DNA of 26,597 nucleotides, taken from NCBI GenBank assembly GCA_900290305.1, contig OMOG01000745.1:8882-35478 (forward strand), read 5' to 3'. Both the position numbers and the translations under genes were made by a program. The notes under the pieces were generated by a model that searched no databases, was not told the origin of the DNA, and was given only the letters and a program-made list of their open reading frames with translations. Below are positions 7,435-16,257 of the stretch, piece by piece. The stretch comes from Candidatus Sulfopaludibacter sp. SbA4. GTDB lineage: Bacteria; Acidobacteriota; Terriglobia; Bryobacterales; Bryobacteraceae. The stretch's first letter is position 1. Each line of letters opens with the position of its first letter.

Positions 7435-9378
7435 ATGTGGTTGATTCTTGCCGTCGCCATCCTGATCATCCTGCTGATGTCCTTCTACAGCATCGGTCCC
7501 ACCCAGGTGGGCCTCGTGCGGAAACGCTTCGGCGCCCGCCTGCCGGGTGACAATCCGCTGGCCTTTCGCGGCGAAGCCGGATATCAGGCCGAGTTGCTGA
7601 TGCCGGGTCTGCGCTTCAAACTCTGCCTGGTCTACGCCGTGACCAAACATCCCTGGGTGCAGGTGCCCGCGGGAACCATCGGAGTGGTGATCGCGCAGGT
7701 GGGCGAAACCTGTCCGATGGGGGCGAAATCGGCGGTCTACCGGCCGGAATTCGGCAATTTCAGCGACCTGAAAACCTTCGTCGAGAAGGGCGGACAGAAG
7801 GGTGTCCAAAGGCCCGTGCTGCCGCCCGGCACGCTGGTGCCGATCCATCCCGTGGCATTCCTGATAATCACCAAGCCTGCCGTCTTCGGCGTGCCGGTGT
7901 CCAACGACCTCAGCGTGCTGGCGCGCAGCCGTATGGGGCTGAGTTACGCGGCCTTCGGACTCGAAGAGAAGCAACTGGAAGTGACCCGCATCTCGCCGCG
8001 GCCCACCGAGGGCGGGAAAGTGGTGGATATGATCGGCATCATCACGGCGCTGGAGGGCCAGCCTTTGCCGGCCGGAGACATTGCCAGCCGCCTGGGAGGC
8101 TTCGCCGACGTGGCCGCGCTGGAAGGCGCCGCGGCCGCCGACCAGACCACCGACGCACGCCTCATCGAGACCATCCTGGGCAACCAGAACAACCGCCACG
8201 GCGCGTATCAGGACTTTCAGAAGTTCCTGGATCTGGGAGGCAGCATGGGGCTGCAGCACGACCCGCTGCTTTACGGCGCTTACAATCTGAACCCGTTCCT
8301 GTTACGCGTGGAAGAGGTGCCCATGCTGGTGGTGGAACAGGGGCAGGTAGCCGTGATGAAAGCCTATGTTGGGCTGCCCACGCAGGACACTTCGGGCGCC
8401 GAATTCAAGTTCGGGAGCCTCGTCCGGCCAGGCCATCGCGGCATCTGGCAGGAGCCGTTGCGCACCGGCAAGTATCCCATCAATCCCCGCTGCTACCAGG
8501 CGGTGATCGTGCCCACGTTCATCATCACGCTGAACTGGGCCGACGTGGTTTCCCAGGCGCACAACCTGGACACGCAGTTGAAACAGATCGAGGCCAAAAG
8601 CAGCGAGGGCTTCACGTTCGCCATCGATCTGCAGGTGCAGATCCACATTCCGGACACGCAGGCGCCGTACGTCATCTCCATGGTGGGCAGCGTGCCGAAC
8701 CTGGTGAACGAGGTGCTGCAGGCGGCCGTGGGCAACCACTTTCGCAATAAGCTGCAGGGCATGCCGGCGGTGCGGTTCATCTCCACCCGCGAAGAAGTGC
8801 AGCAGGGCGCCTTCGACTACGTGAAGCAGGAGCTGGCGAAGTACCGCGTCGAAACGCGCGGCGTGTACATCCAGGCGGTGGTCCTGCCCCAGCCGCTGGT
8901 GGACGTGCTGACGCAGCGGGAAATCGCCAACCAGGAAATCGAGACGTACAAGATGCAGAGGTCGGCGCAGGACCAGCGCACCGAGACCGAGAAGGCCAAG
9001 GGAACCGCCGACATGCAGGCCGACCTGGCGAAAGCGCAGGTGGGAGTGGAGATCCAGAACAACCGCACCGCGGCGCGCAAAATGGAGGCGCAGGGCGAGG
9101 CGGCGTACATCGAGCAGACCGGCGCCGCCCAGGGCGCGCAGGTGCGGTCGGTGGGACTGGCGCGCGCCGAGGCGTACGAGCGGCAGGTCGCGGCGCTGGG
9201 GGCCAGCGCCACCGCGCTGGTCAACGCTGTGGAAGCGCTTTCGAAGAGCAGCGTGCCATTCATGCCCAACACGCTGGTGATGGGAGACGGCGGTGGCGGC
9301 CCGATGTCGGGCCTGATGGCCCTGTTGATGCGACAGGTCGACGCGGGACTGGGCAAGAAAGAACTGCCACGCGGCTAA
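7435..9378 (+). CDS. flotillin-like SPFH/band-7 domain membrane protein (start at 7435 after GGAGGAG; alternative start 7411)
   Basis: An N-terminal TM helix (MWLILAVAILIILLMSF), an SPFH core and a long C-terminal coiled coil rich in A/Q/E/K (flotillin/YqiK-like). The 731-aa ORF extension upstream is Pro-rich low complexity. Confidence 0.8.
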   Translation: MWLILAVAILIILLMSFYSIGPTQVGLVRKRFGARLPGDNPLAFRGEAGYQAELLMPGLRFKLCLVYAVTKHPWVQVPAGTIGVVIAQVGETCPMGAKSAVYRPEFGNFSDLKTFVEKGGQKGVQRPVLPPGTLVPIHPVAFLIITKPAVFGVPVSNDLSVLARSRMGLSYAAFGLEEKQLEVTRISPRPTEGGKVVDMIGIITALEGQPLPAGDIASRLGGFADVAALEGAAAADQTTDARLIETILGNQNNRHGAYQDFQKFLDLGGSMGLQHDPLLYGAYNLNPFLLRVEEVPMLVVEQGQVAVMKAYVGLPTQDTSGAEFKFGSLVRPGHRGIWQEPLRTGKYPINPRCYQAVIVPTFIITLNWADVVSQAHNLDTQLKQIEAKSSEGFTFAIDLQVQIHIPDTQAPYVISMVGSVPNLVNEVLQAAVGNHFRNKLQGMPAVRFISTREEVQQGAFDYVKQELAKYRVETRGVYIQAVVLPQPLVDVLTQREIANQEIETYKMQRSAQDQRTETEKAKGTADMQADLAKAQVGVEIQNNRTAARKMEAQGEAAYIEQTGAAQGAQVRSVGLARAEAYERQVAALGASATALVNAVEALSKSSVPFMPNTLVMGDGGGGPMSGLMALLMRQVDAGLGKKELPRG

Positions 9379-9385
9379 AAGGCCT

Positions 9386-9540
9386 GGCACTCTCTAGAAA
9401 CCTCTGGACAACCCACTGAGCTGCTTGGTACTACAACAGCCTCAAGTCTTCGCAGCCTGCGACGATTTGGTGGGGCGAGCCCCGTTGGTTGCGGCTCTGC
9501 TGCACTGTGGGGCAGGCCATCGTTTTCTGTGGCCTGCCTC
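9386..9540 (+). repeat. copy 2 of the 53-nt conserved element (9430-9483) with trailing hairpins GAGCC..GGCTC and GGCAGGCCA-N10-TGGCCTGCC
   Basis: Same orientation as copy 1. Substitutions fall in the predicted loop (CCGCCTC vs CAGCCTG). The trailing hairpins differ in sequence but keep their position. Confidence 0.5.
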
Positions 9541-9609
9541 TTGCCAGCCTCTTAGCCCGGCCAGTGAGTCATTCTCGATCGTTTTGTCGCTCATATAACT
9601 GGAGGCACA

Positions 9610-12600
9610 ATGAAGCTATTACGGAATCCCTGGATGCGGGCCGCGGTGGCCTGCTGGATTTGCCCGCTGGCATCCGCGCAAGTCATCACCACCTACGCGG
9701 GAAACGATGCGCCGTTTACGGGCGCCGGCCAGAAGGCCACCGCGGTCCAGATTGCGCGGCCCGACGGCATTGCCGTGGATAGCCAGGGCATCGTGTTCGT
9801 GGCCGCCGGCGGGCTGGCCATGATTCTCAAGATCGATACCAGCGGCGTCGTATCGGTGGTGGCCGGCAACGGGCTGGTCCGCTATTCGGGCGATGGCGGT
9901 CCGGCAACCGGCGCTTCCCTGTCGAACCCGATGGGGCTGGCGGTTGACGGCGCCGGGAACCTGTACATCGCCGACGTCGGGAACGCCGTGGTACGCCGCG
10001 TGGATCTAACGGGAACCATCACCACGGTGGCCGGCAACGGGCAGCACGGATTTGCGGGGGACGGTGGGCCCGCGGTCAGTGCCATGCTGTCAAACCCGAC
10101 CGCGGTCGCCGTGGATAAGGCCGGCAACCTCTATATCGCGGACTCGCTTGAGGAGCGCATTCGGCTGGTCAGGCCGGACGGCACCATTTCCACCCTGGCG
10201 GGCAACGGAACCGACGGTCTGACGGGGGACAACGGGCCGGCCTTACAAGCCGGGTTTGGCCGGCCGAGCGGCCTGGCGCTCGATTCGGCTGGCAATCTCT
10301 ATGTGGCCGATCAATTCAATAACGTAGTCCGGAAGATCTCGAACGGCGCCATCACCACGGTGGCCGGCAACGGCAACGGCGGCTCTTCCGGAGACAACGG
10401 GCCGGCCACCAAGGCTGCCCTGGGAATCGTGAACGGTGTGGCGTTCGACGCCGCCGGCAACCTGTACATCAGCACCATTGGGAATCAGGGCATCCGGCGG
10501 GTCGACACCTCGGGCACCATCACCACCATCGCGGGCACCGGAAAGGCCGGATTCAGCGGCGATGGAAGCACCGCTCTGTCGGCCGCATTCAGCACTCCGG
10601 GCGCCTTGGCGGTCGATCCTTCGGGCGCCGTCCTGGTAGTGGACCAGGATAACAACCGCATTCGCCGCGTGGTTCCAGGCGGCGTGGTCACGACCATTGC
10701 TGGGCAGACCCTCTCCATCGGCGATTCCGGCGCGGCCACGCTGGCGCGGCTGACCAACCCCGGAGGGACTGCCGTGGACGCGGCCGGCAATCTCTACATT
10801 GCCGACACTGGACAGAATCGAATTCGCAAGGTGACTCCTTCAGGCACCATCACCACCGTGGCCGGCACCGGCGCGACGGGAGGCGGAGGCAACGGCGGAG
10901 CGGCAACGGCGGCGACCCTCAACAGCCCCTACGCAGTTGCCGTGGACAAAGCTGGGAACCTCTTCATTGCAGACGCGGGGAGCAACGCGGTCCGGCGGGT
11001 GGACGCGGTCACCGGGGTCATCTCGGCGTTCGCCGGAACCGGAGCCTGCTGCTACGGAGGCAACGGCACCGGCGGGGACGGAGGGCCGGCCACTGCCGCG
11101 ACCCTGTACTTCCCGACCAGCATAGCTGTGGATCAAAGCGGGAACGTATACTTCACCAACGTCGTGCAACTGGCCGGCGGCATCGATCAGGGCGCCCGCG
11201 TGCGCCGGGTGACGACCGACGGAAAAATCGACGTGTACGCAGGTGGGGGCTTCGGATTCGCAGGGGATGGCGGAGCCGCTACGTCGGCGCTTTTGGGCGC
11301 GAACCTGAAGATTGCCGTGGGACCCGACGGCAGCCTGTACATCGCCGACCAGGACAACAACCGCGTGCGCCGCGTGGACCCCGCGAGTGGCATCATCACC
11401 ACGGTTGCAGGCAATGGCAAATCGACGCCCTCAGGCGACGGTGGGCAGGCCACATCGGCGGGAGTCAGCGCGTGGTCGGTTGCAGTGGACCAAGCCAACA
11501 ACCTCTATATCGGCGGCTTGGCCGCGGTTCGCAAAGTCACTCCGGCGGGCGTCATCGGCACCTACGCCGGAAACGGACAGTTCAGCTTTTCCGGGGATGG
11601 CGGCCCCGCAACATCGGCGTCGATTCCCATTGCGGGGTACCTGTCCACCGACGGCGCGGGAAACCTGTACATCACCGACGGCTCCGACGAACGCATACGC
11701 ATCGTGCAGCCGGGAAACTCGGCACTGGCAGTGTCGCCAACCTCGCTGGCGTTCACCGCAACGGGGCCCGCGAGCCAGACGGTCACGGTGACGAATAGCG
11801 GCAGCGGCACGCTGGGCTGGGCCACCGCGGTGAGCACCATTTCGGGCGGCGCATGGCTTTCGGTTTCGCCTGCCACGGGATCGAGCGCGGCCGGCCAGCC
11901 GGGCGCCACCGTGACGGTCTCGGTGAAACCCGCCGGACTCGCCAACGGCGACTACTACGGCCTGGTCCAGGTGACGTCTTCCAGCGCTTCGAACCCCGTG
12001 TCGCTGGTCACCGTGAGGCTGACCGTCGGGACCCCCGGACCCGATCCGCCCAAGGTGGCGTCGGGCGGCGTGCTCAATACCGCCAGTTACAGTCTGCAGA
12101 CACCCGTGGCGCCTGGCACCCTGGTGGCGATCTTCGGCTCCAATCTCGCGGATGCCGGACAGGTGTACACGGCGTCGTCCTTTCCATGGCCCACCCAGCT
12201 CGGCGGAACCTCGGTGTCCATCGGCGGCGAGTTGCTGCCGCTGTACGTGGTGACGCCCACGCAGATCAACGCGATCCTGCCTTTCGATCTTCCCGTGGGT
12301 ACCACCCTGCCGCTGGTGGTGACGCATGGCAACGCGCTCTCCGCGCCCGAACCGGTGAACCTCGTGGCCTCCGAGCCGGGAGTGTTTACGCTGTCGCAAA
12401 ATGGATCGGGCACGGCCATTGCGGTGATCGTGCATGCCGACGGATCGAGCGCGTTGGCGGGCCCTGGCGCCTCGGCGAAGGCCGGCGACGCATTGGTGAT
12501 TTACTGTACGGGTTTGGGGGCCGTGTCGCCGCGCGCGGTAGCCGGAACACCCATACCGTTGCAGCCCCTTTCGACCGCGATCGATCCCGTGACCGTGACC

Positions 12601-12774
12601 ATCGGGGGCGTAAACGCACCGGTCTTTTTCGCCGGCGCCACGGCCGGCCTGACGGGGCTCTACCAGGTGAATGTCACGGTGCCCTCCGGGATCGCGGCAT
12701 CCGCGCAAGCCCCGCTGATTTTGACGCAAAGCGGGAGGAGCAGCCCGGCGGGGGTGACTATTCCGGTGCAGTAG
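9610..12774 (+). CDS. secreted NHL-repeat beta-propeller protein (1054 aa) with C-terminal Ig-like / Solibacter-type beta domains
   Basis: A GGAGG SD lies 5 nt before the ATG. The signal peptide is MKLLRNPWMRAAVACWICPLASA-QV. At least 15 repeats of a GNLYIAD...N.RIRRV...G.ITTVAGNG..GFSGDGGPAT unit (NHL) follow. The C-terminal part carries BACON/Ig-like and TIG-like segments of the kind common in Solibacter proteins. Confidence 0.85.
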   Translation: MKLLRNPWMRAAVACWICPLASAQVITTYAGNDAPFTGAGQKATAVQIARPDGIAVDSQGIVFVAAGGLAMILKIDTSGVVSVVAGNGLVRYSGDGGPATGASLSNPMGLAVDGAGNLYIADVGNAVVRRVDLTGTITTVAGNGQHGFAGDGGPAVSAMLSNPTAVAVDKAGNLYIADSLEERIRLVRPDGTISTLAGNGTDGLTGDNGPALQAGFGRPSGLALDSAGNLYVADQFNNVVRKISNGAITTVAGNGNGGSSGDNGPATKAALGIVNGVAFDAAGNLYISTIGNQGIRRVDTSGTITTIAGTGKAGFSGDGSTALSAAFSTPGALAVDPSGAVLVVDQDNNRIRRVVPGGVVTTIAGQTLSIGDSGAATLARLTNPGGTAVDAAGNLYIADTGQNRIRKVTPSGTITTVAGTGATGGGGNGGAATAATLNSPYAVAVDKAGNLFIADAGSNAVRRVDAVTGVISAFAGTGACCYGGNGTGGDGGPATAATLYFPTSIAVDQSGNVYFTNVVQLAGGIDQGARVRRVTTDGKIDVYAGGGFGFAGDGGAATSALLGANLKIAVGPDGSLYIADQDNNRVRRVDPASGIITTVAGNGKSTPSGDGGQATSAGVSAWSVAVDQANNLYIGGLAAVRKVTPAGVIGTYAGNGQFSFSGDGGPATSASIPIAGYLSTDGAGNLYITDGSDERIRIVQPGNSALAVSPTSLAFTATGPASQTVTVTNSGSGTLGWATAVSTISGGAWLSVSPATGSSAAGQPGATVTVSVKPAGLANGDYYGLVQVTSSSASNPVSLVTVRLTVGTPGPDPPKVASGGVLNTASYSLQTPVAPGTLVAIFGSNLADAGQVYTASSFPWPTQLGGTSVSIGGELLPLYVVTPTQINAILPFDLPVGTTLPLVVTHGNALSAPEPVNLVASEPGVFTLSQNGSGTAIAVIVHADGSSALAGPGASAKAGDALVIYCTGLGAVSPRAVAGTPIPLQPLSTAIDPVTVTIGGVNAPVFFAGATAGLTGLYQVNVTVPSGIAASAQAPLILTQSGRSSPAGVTIPVQ

Positions 12775-13438
12775 GTTGCGCAACGGGCGGTGCGTCGATC
12801 CGGAAGTACTGCAACTGTTGCCCGCCCGCTGACTTTGCGTTCTTGACGAAGCGCATTCCGAGTTTCTCGAGCACGTGCTTGGAAGCCGTGTTTCCGGCCA
12901 TGATCACGGCCATCACGCGATCCAGCCGCGCCCCTTCGAACGCATGGCGTAACAGCCGGCCCGCGGCCTCGGTGGCAATGCCGCGTCCCCACGACGCCCG
13001 GCCGAGGACGTAGCTGAGAGCGATCTCGTCCGAAGGGCCCCACCACGGACGAAGCTTGCTGAGTTCGGTCCAGCCGTGGACCTCGCCGGAAGTCTTGTCC
13101 AGAATCGCCCAGTGGCCGAAATGGCCGCGCATGAGGTCCAGTTGAACGATGGCCTCGGCGGTGCGCCGGGCCTCCTCGGGTGTCTCCGGCTGGTCCCACA
13201 GGAATCGGTTGACTTCCGGATCGGTGAAAAGATCGGTGAGCCAATCCTCGTCCCCGGCGGCCAGCGGACGGAGAAGGAAGCGCGGGGTTTCGAGATCGAT
13301 GCGGTATTTCCGCCGCCGGGCTTCGATGTCCAAGCCTCCAGTATAGATTTCTGCGAGGTGGGGCAGGCGCCCCGGTTTGCGGGTCCGTTCCGGATTTCGC
13401 CTGCCAACCGGCTCGATCGGAGCCGCGCGCGTCAGCAA
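12758..13438 (-). CDS. GNAT-family N-acetyltransferase (RimJ/RimL-like); start uncertain (13438 is TTG)
   Basis: RFLLRPL...GHFGHWAIL...IALSYVLGRASWGRGIATEAAGRLLRHAF...RVMAVIMAGNTASKHVLEKLGMRFV matches the GNAT acetyl-CoA binding core. The 3' end overlaps the NHL gene convergently by 17 nt. Confidence 0.7.
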   Translation of the reverse strand: MLTRAAPIEPVGRRNPERTRKPGRLPHLAEIYTGGLDIEARRRKYRIDLETPRFLLRPLAAGDEDWLTDLFTDPEVNRFLWDQPETPEEARRTAEAIVQLDLMRGHFGHWAILDKTSGEVHGWTELSKLRPWWGPSDEIALSYVLGRASWGRGIATEAAGRLLRHAFEGARLDRVMAVIMAGNTASKHVLEKLGMRFVKNAKSAGGQQLQYFRIDAPPVAQPTAPE

Positions 13439-13459
13439 GCGGTCCTGCTTTGCATTACA

Positions 13460-15166
13460 CTACCCCCCGGTCTGCTCGGACGCCGCCTTGGACAGCACCG
13501 GCACCTTGCTGTCGGGCTGGAGCGGCGGACGGCGCTGGTGCCAGTCGGTGGCTTCCTGGTAAGCGTGCGCCAGCGCGAGAACCTTGCTTTCCGCGAAGCG
13601 CGGTCCGGCGATCTGCAGGCCGATGGGCAGACCGTCCTTGTTGAAGCCGCAGGGCACCGTGATGGTCGGCAGGCCGTAGCCATTGAATGGGCGGGTGTTG
13701 TCTTCGGGGTCGGTTTGCGCGCGCGCACCAGCGGCAGCGCCGCCGCCGCGTCCACCTCTGCCGCCGCCGGGAGCGCCGCCTGCGCCACTATCGGCATTCG
13801 TCCCGCCGCCGCCTCGGCCGCCTCCCGTGGGAGCCGGGGCTAGTTCCTCTTCGATCGTGGGAGGAGCGTGCCGGGCCGCCGGCGCCACCAGCACGTCGAC
13901 GGCCTGCTTTTGGAATACGTCTTCATCCACCGTGCGGCGAACCAGTTCCAGGGCGCGCCAGCCGCGTATGTAGTCCGCCGCCCTGGTGCCGTCTTGCGCC
14001 GCAGGAAACGCTCGCGAAGTGCTCGGCTCGTAGCCGCCGCCGTTGACACCGCGCAGGCTCTCGTGAAACGCGGCGGTCTCCGCGCCCACCGCGGCGTGCA
14101 GAAGCGAAGGCAGGCTCACCTCGTGCGAGCCCTTGGTGAGCTTGTTCAGCAGCGCAATGGCCTCTTCCACGGCGCGCGCCACGTCGTCGTCCAGATGGTC
14201 GTAGAACTGCACCGGGACGCCGATGCGGAATTGCGCGACGGCGGCTCCAATGCCGGCCGAAAAGTCGGGCACGGGTTTGTCGGCGCAGTCGATATCCACG
14301 GGATCGTATCCGGCGATCTGCTGCAGCACCATGGCGGCGTCTTCCACCGTTCGCGCGATGGGGCCGCAATGATCCAGCGACCAGGCCAGCGGAATGATGC
14401 CGCGCATGCTGACGCGGCCGAACGTGGGCTTGAAACCCACCACGCCGCAGTGCGACGCCGGAGTGCGGATGCCTCCGCCGGTATCCGTTCCCAGAGCGGC
14501 GAAGCAATTCGCCATGGCGACCGCCGCCGCCGATCCGCCGGACGCTCCGCCCGCGATCCGCTCCAGGTTCCACGGATTCCGCACCGGGCCCCAGTAGCTG
14601 ACCGCGGAGGTGGCGCCGGCATCGAATTCGTGCATGTTGCACTTGCCGATCAGTACGGCGCCGGCGGCTTTGAGCCTGCGCACCACCTCGGCGTCTTCGG
14701 CCGGGAAGTTGTACTCGTAGACGGCGCTGCCTGCCGTGGTGCGCACGCCGGCGATGTCGATGGAGTCCTTGATGCCGACAGGGATGCCGTGCAGGGGGCT
14801 GCGGAAATGTCCGGCCGCCTGCTCCTTTTCGAGGTCCTTCGCCTGGGCCAGCGCCTTTTCGCGCATCACCGTGATCCAGGCGTCGATCTTCGGGTTGTAA
14901 GTCTTGATGCGGTCGAGGCAGGCTTCGGTCAGCTCGACGGGCGAGACTTTTTTGGCTCGAATGCGATCGGAGGCCTGCTTCAGGGTGAGGGCCGTCAAAT
15001 CGTCCGAAGCATCCGCCATCGCGAAGCGCGCGGCAGTAACAGCGCCGAGACCGGCGGCGAGGAACCCACGCCGCGAAGACTTCAGCGGCACAGGAGGCGG
15101 CGGCCTCAACCCCCGGGGCAGGAAACGCGCCGCCGCCTCCGTTGTGCCGCGTTTTCGGGACTGCAT
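13460..15166 (-). CDS. amidase-signature family amidase with a Tat signal peptide (569 aa from the ATG at 15166)
   Basis: The amidase signature reads GGASGGSAAAVA...GTDTGGGIRTPAS with Ser-cisSer-Lys context. The Tat motif SRRGFLAAGLGAVTAARFAMA lies near the N-terminus. A Gly/Arg-rich ~48-aa insertion precedes the conserved C-terminal FNGYGLPTITVPCG block. The 760-aa ORF extension overlaps the divergent bla-like gene, so the start was chosen at MQSRKRG. Confidence 0.8.
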   Translation of the reverse strand: MQSRKRGTTEAAARFLPRGLRPPPPVPLKSSRRGFLAAGLGAVTAARFAMADASDDLTALTLKQASDRIRAKKVSPVELTEACLDRIKTYNPKIDAWITVMREKALAQAKDLEKEQAAGHFRSPLHGIPVGIKDSIDIAGVRTTAGSAVYEYNFPAEDAEVVRRLKAAGAVLIGKCNMHEFDAGATSAVSYWGPVRNPWNLERIAGGASGGSAAAVAMANCFAALGTDTGGGIRTPASHCGVVGFKPTFGRVSMRGIIPLAWSLDHCGPIARTVEDAAMVLQQIAGYDPVDIDCADKPVPDFSAGIGAAVAQFRIGVPVQFYDHLDDDVARAVEEAIALLNKLTKGSHEVSLPSLLHAAVGAETAAFHESLRGVNGGGYEPSTSRAFPAAQDGTRAADYIRGWRALELVRRTVDEDVFQKQAVDVLVAPAARHAPPTIEEELAPAPTGGGRGGGGTNADSGAGGAPGGGRGGRGGGAAAGARAQTDPEDNTRPFNGYGLPTITVPCGFNKDGLPIGLQIAGPRFAESKVLALAHAYQEATDWHQRRPPLQPDSKVPVLSKAASEQTGG

Positions 15167-15224
15167 GAATCCTTGTACCAACGTCGCCGGGCGATTGTCA
15201 ACGTTGCTGTAGAATGGCATTTCC

Positions 15225-16238
15225 ATGGGTCTCACTCGAAGGCAGTATCTGGCGATGGCGGGCGCCGGTCTCTGCCGTGCCGCGGAGAATCCGCTCACGC
15301 GGCAATGGCAGCGGATCGCCTCCGGAACCGATGGCGTAGTAGGCGCGGCGGCCTTGCATCTGAATTCGGGGCGGCACGCCAGCCTGCACGGCGGCGAACG
15401 CTTTCCCCTGGCCAGCGTCTGCAAATTGCCGATCGCGATCGCCATTCTGGCGATGGCCGGCGAAGGCAAGCTGTCGCTCGACGACCAGATTGAGATCCCA
15501 TTGCAGGACGTCGTTCCGGGCGTGAGCATTGTGGCGGAGCGATGGCCCGGGCAGAAGCGCTTCCGCCTGAATGAACTGCTGGAATGGATGGTCGCGAAGA
15601 GCGATAACAGCGCGGTCGAGACGCTGTTCCGGATGAGTGGCGGCGCGGCGGGCATGGCCGCGCGGTTCCTCCAGTGGCAAGTCGAGGGGATGCGGGTGGA
15701 TCGCAGCGAACGCGAATGCGCTCTCGATTCCGCCGGGGTCAACCCGATTCCGCCGGTTTCGCAGTGGACTCCGGGAATGTTCGAAGAGCTGACCGCGAAG
15801 ATCGCACCTCAAGATAGGCGCCGGGCGATGCGCCGGTTTATGGCCGATCCCCGCGATACGGCCACACCGGATGGCACGGTCCATCTCTTGCAGAGGGCCT
15901 TCCGGGGTGAACTGCTGTCCGCGAGCTTGACGGGCCGGCTGGTGGAGATCCTGGAGGCGGCCACCACGGGAAGCGCGCGCATCAAAGGATTGCTTCCCGC
16001 AGGCACGGTGGTTGCGCATAAGACCGGCACCACCGCGACGTTCCTGAATTTGAACGGCGGAACCAACGATGTGGGCGTGATTACTCTTCCCAAAGGCGGC
16101 CAGTTGGCGATTGCGGTCTATGTAAAGGGAAGCACTCGCGACCTGGCCACGCGGGAGAAGATCATCGCCGGCATTGCGCGGTCGGCATTTCGACGCCTGG
16201 TCTTGACACCCCGCCCCTTTTCTGTAAAAATCAGATAG
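15225..16238 (+). CDS. class A beta-lactamase-family serine hydrolase with a Tat signal
   Basis: SxxK (ASVCK), SDN (KSDNSAVE) and KTG (HKTGTT) motifs are in the right order and spacing. The Tat motif is TRRQYLAMAGAG. Confidence 0.75.
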   Translation: MGLTRRQYLAMAGAGLCRAAENPLTRQWQRIASGTDGVVGAAALHLNSGRHASLHGGERFPLASVCKLPIAIAILAMAGEGKLSLDDQIEIPLQDVVPGVSIVAERWPGQKRFRLNELLEWMVAKSDNSAVETLFRMSGGAAGMAARFLQWQVEGMRVDRSERECALDSAGVNPIPPVSQWTPGMFEELTAKIAPQDRRRAMRRFMADPRDTATPDGTVHLLQRAFRGELLSASLTGRLVEILEAATTGSARIKGLLPAGTVVAHKTGTTATFLNLNGGTNDVGVITLPKGGQLAIAVYVKGSTRDLATREKIIAGIARSAFRRLVLTPRPFSVKIR

Positions 16239-16257
16239 GCGAATAAAAGGCGAAAAC
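16203..16257 (+). promoter_or_regulatory. imuA promoter: TTGACA(16203-08)-N17-AAAAAT with TG extension, then the direct repeat GGCGAATA-N3-GGCGAAAA abutting the ATG
   Basis: Perfect -35, extended -10 CTGTAAAAAT. The block is ~75% identical to the region upstream of dnaE2 (21389-21447). Confidence 0.6.

Noticed and set aside
6995-7435. 146-aa ORF (MQPIKTIADVFGG... from the ATG at 7010) upstream of the flotillin-like gene
   Set aside because: After about 55 residues the translation becomes Pro/Arg-rich junk over simple-sequence DNA (CCCCGGCC repeats). It is treated as non-coding leader, though a short peptide from 7010 cannot be excluded.
8302-9390. 362-aa minus-strand ORF
   Set aside because: Antisense to the flotillin-like gene, whose coiled-coil and SPFH features make the plus strand the real gene.
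11431-12783. 450-aa minus-strand ORF (and several 100-180-aa ORFs) inside the NHL-repeat gene
   Set aside because: Antisense or out-of-frame shadows of the 1054-aa NHL protein gene. The translations are Arg/Gly/His-rich and motif-free.
13868-15493. 541-aa plus-strand ORF
   Set aside because: Antisense to the amidase (clear amidase signature on the minus strand). It also runs through the bla-like start.
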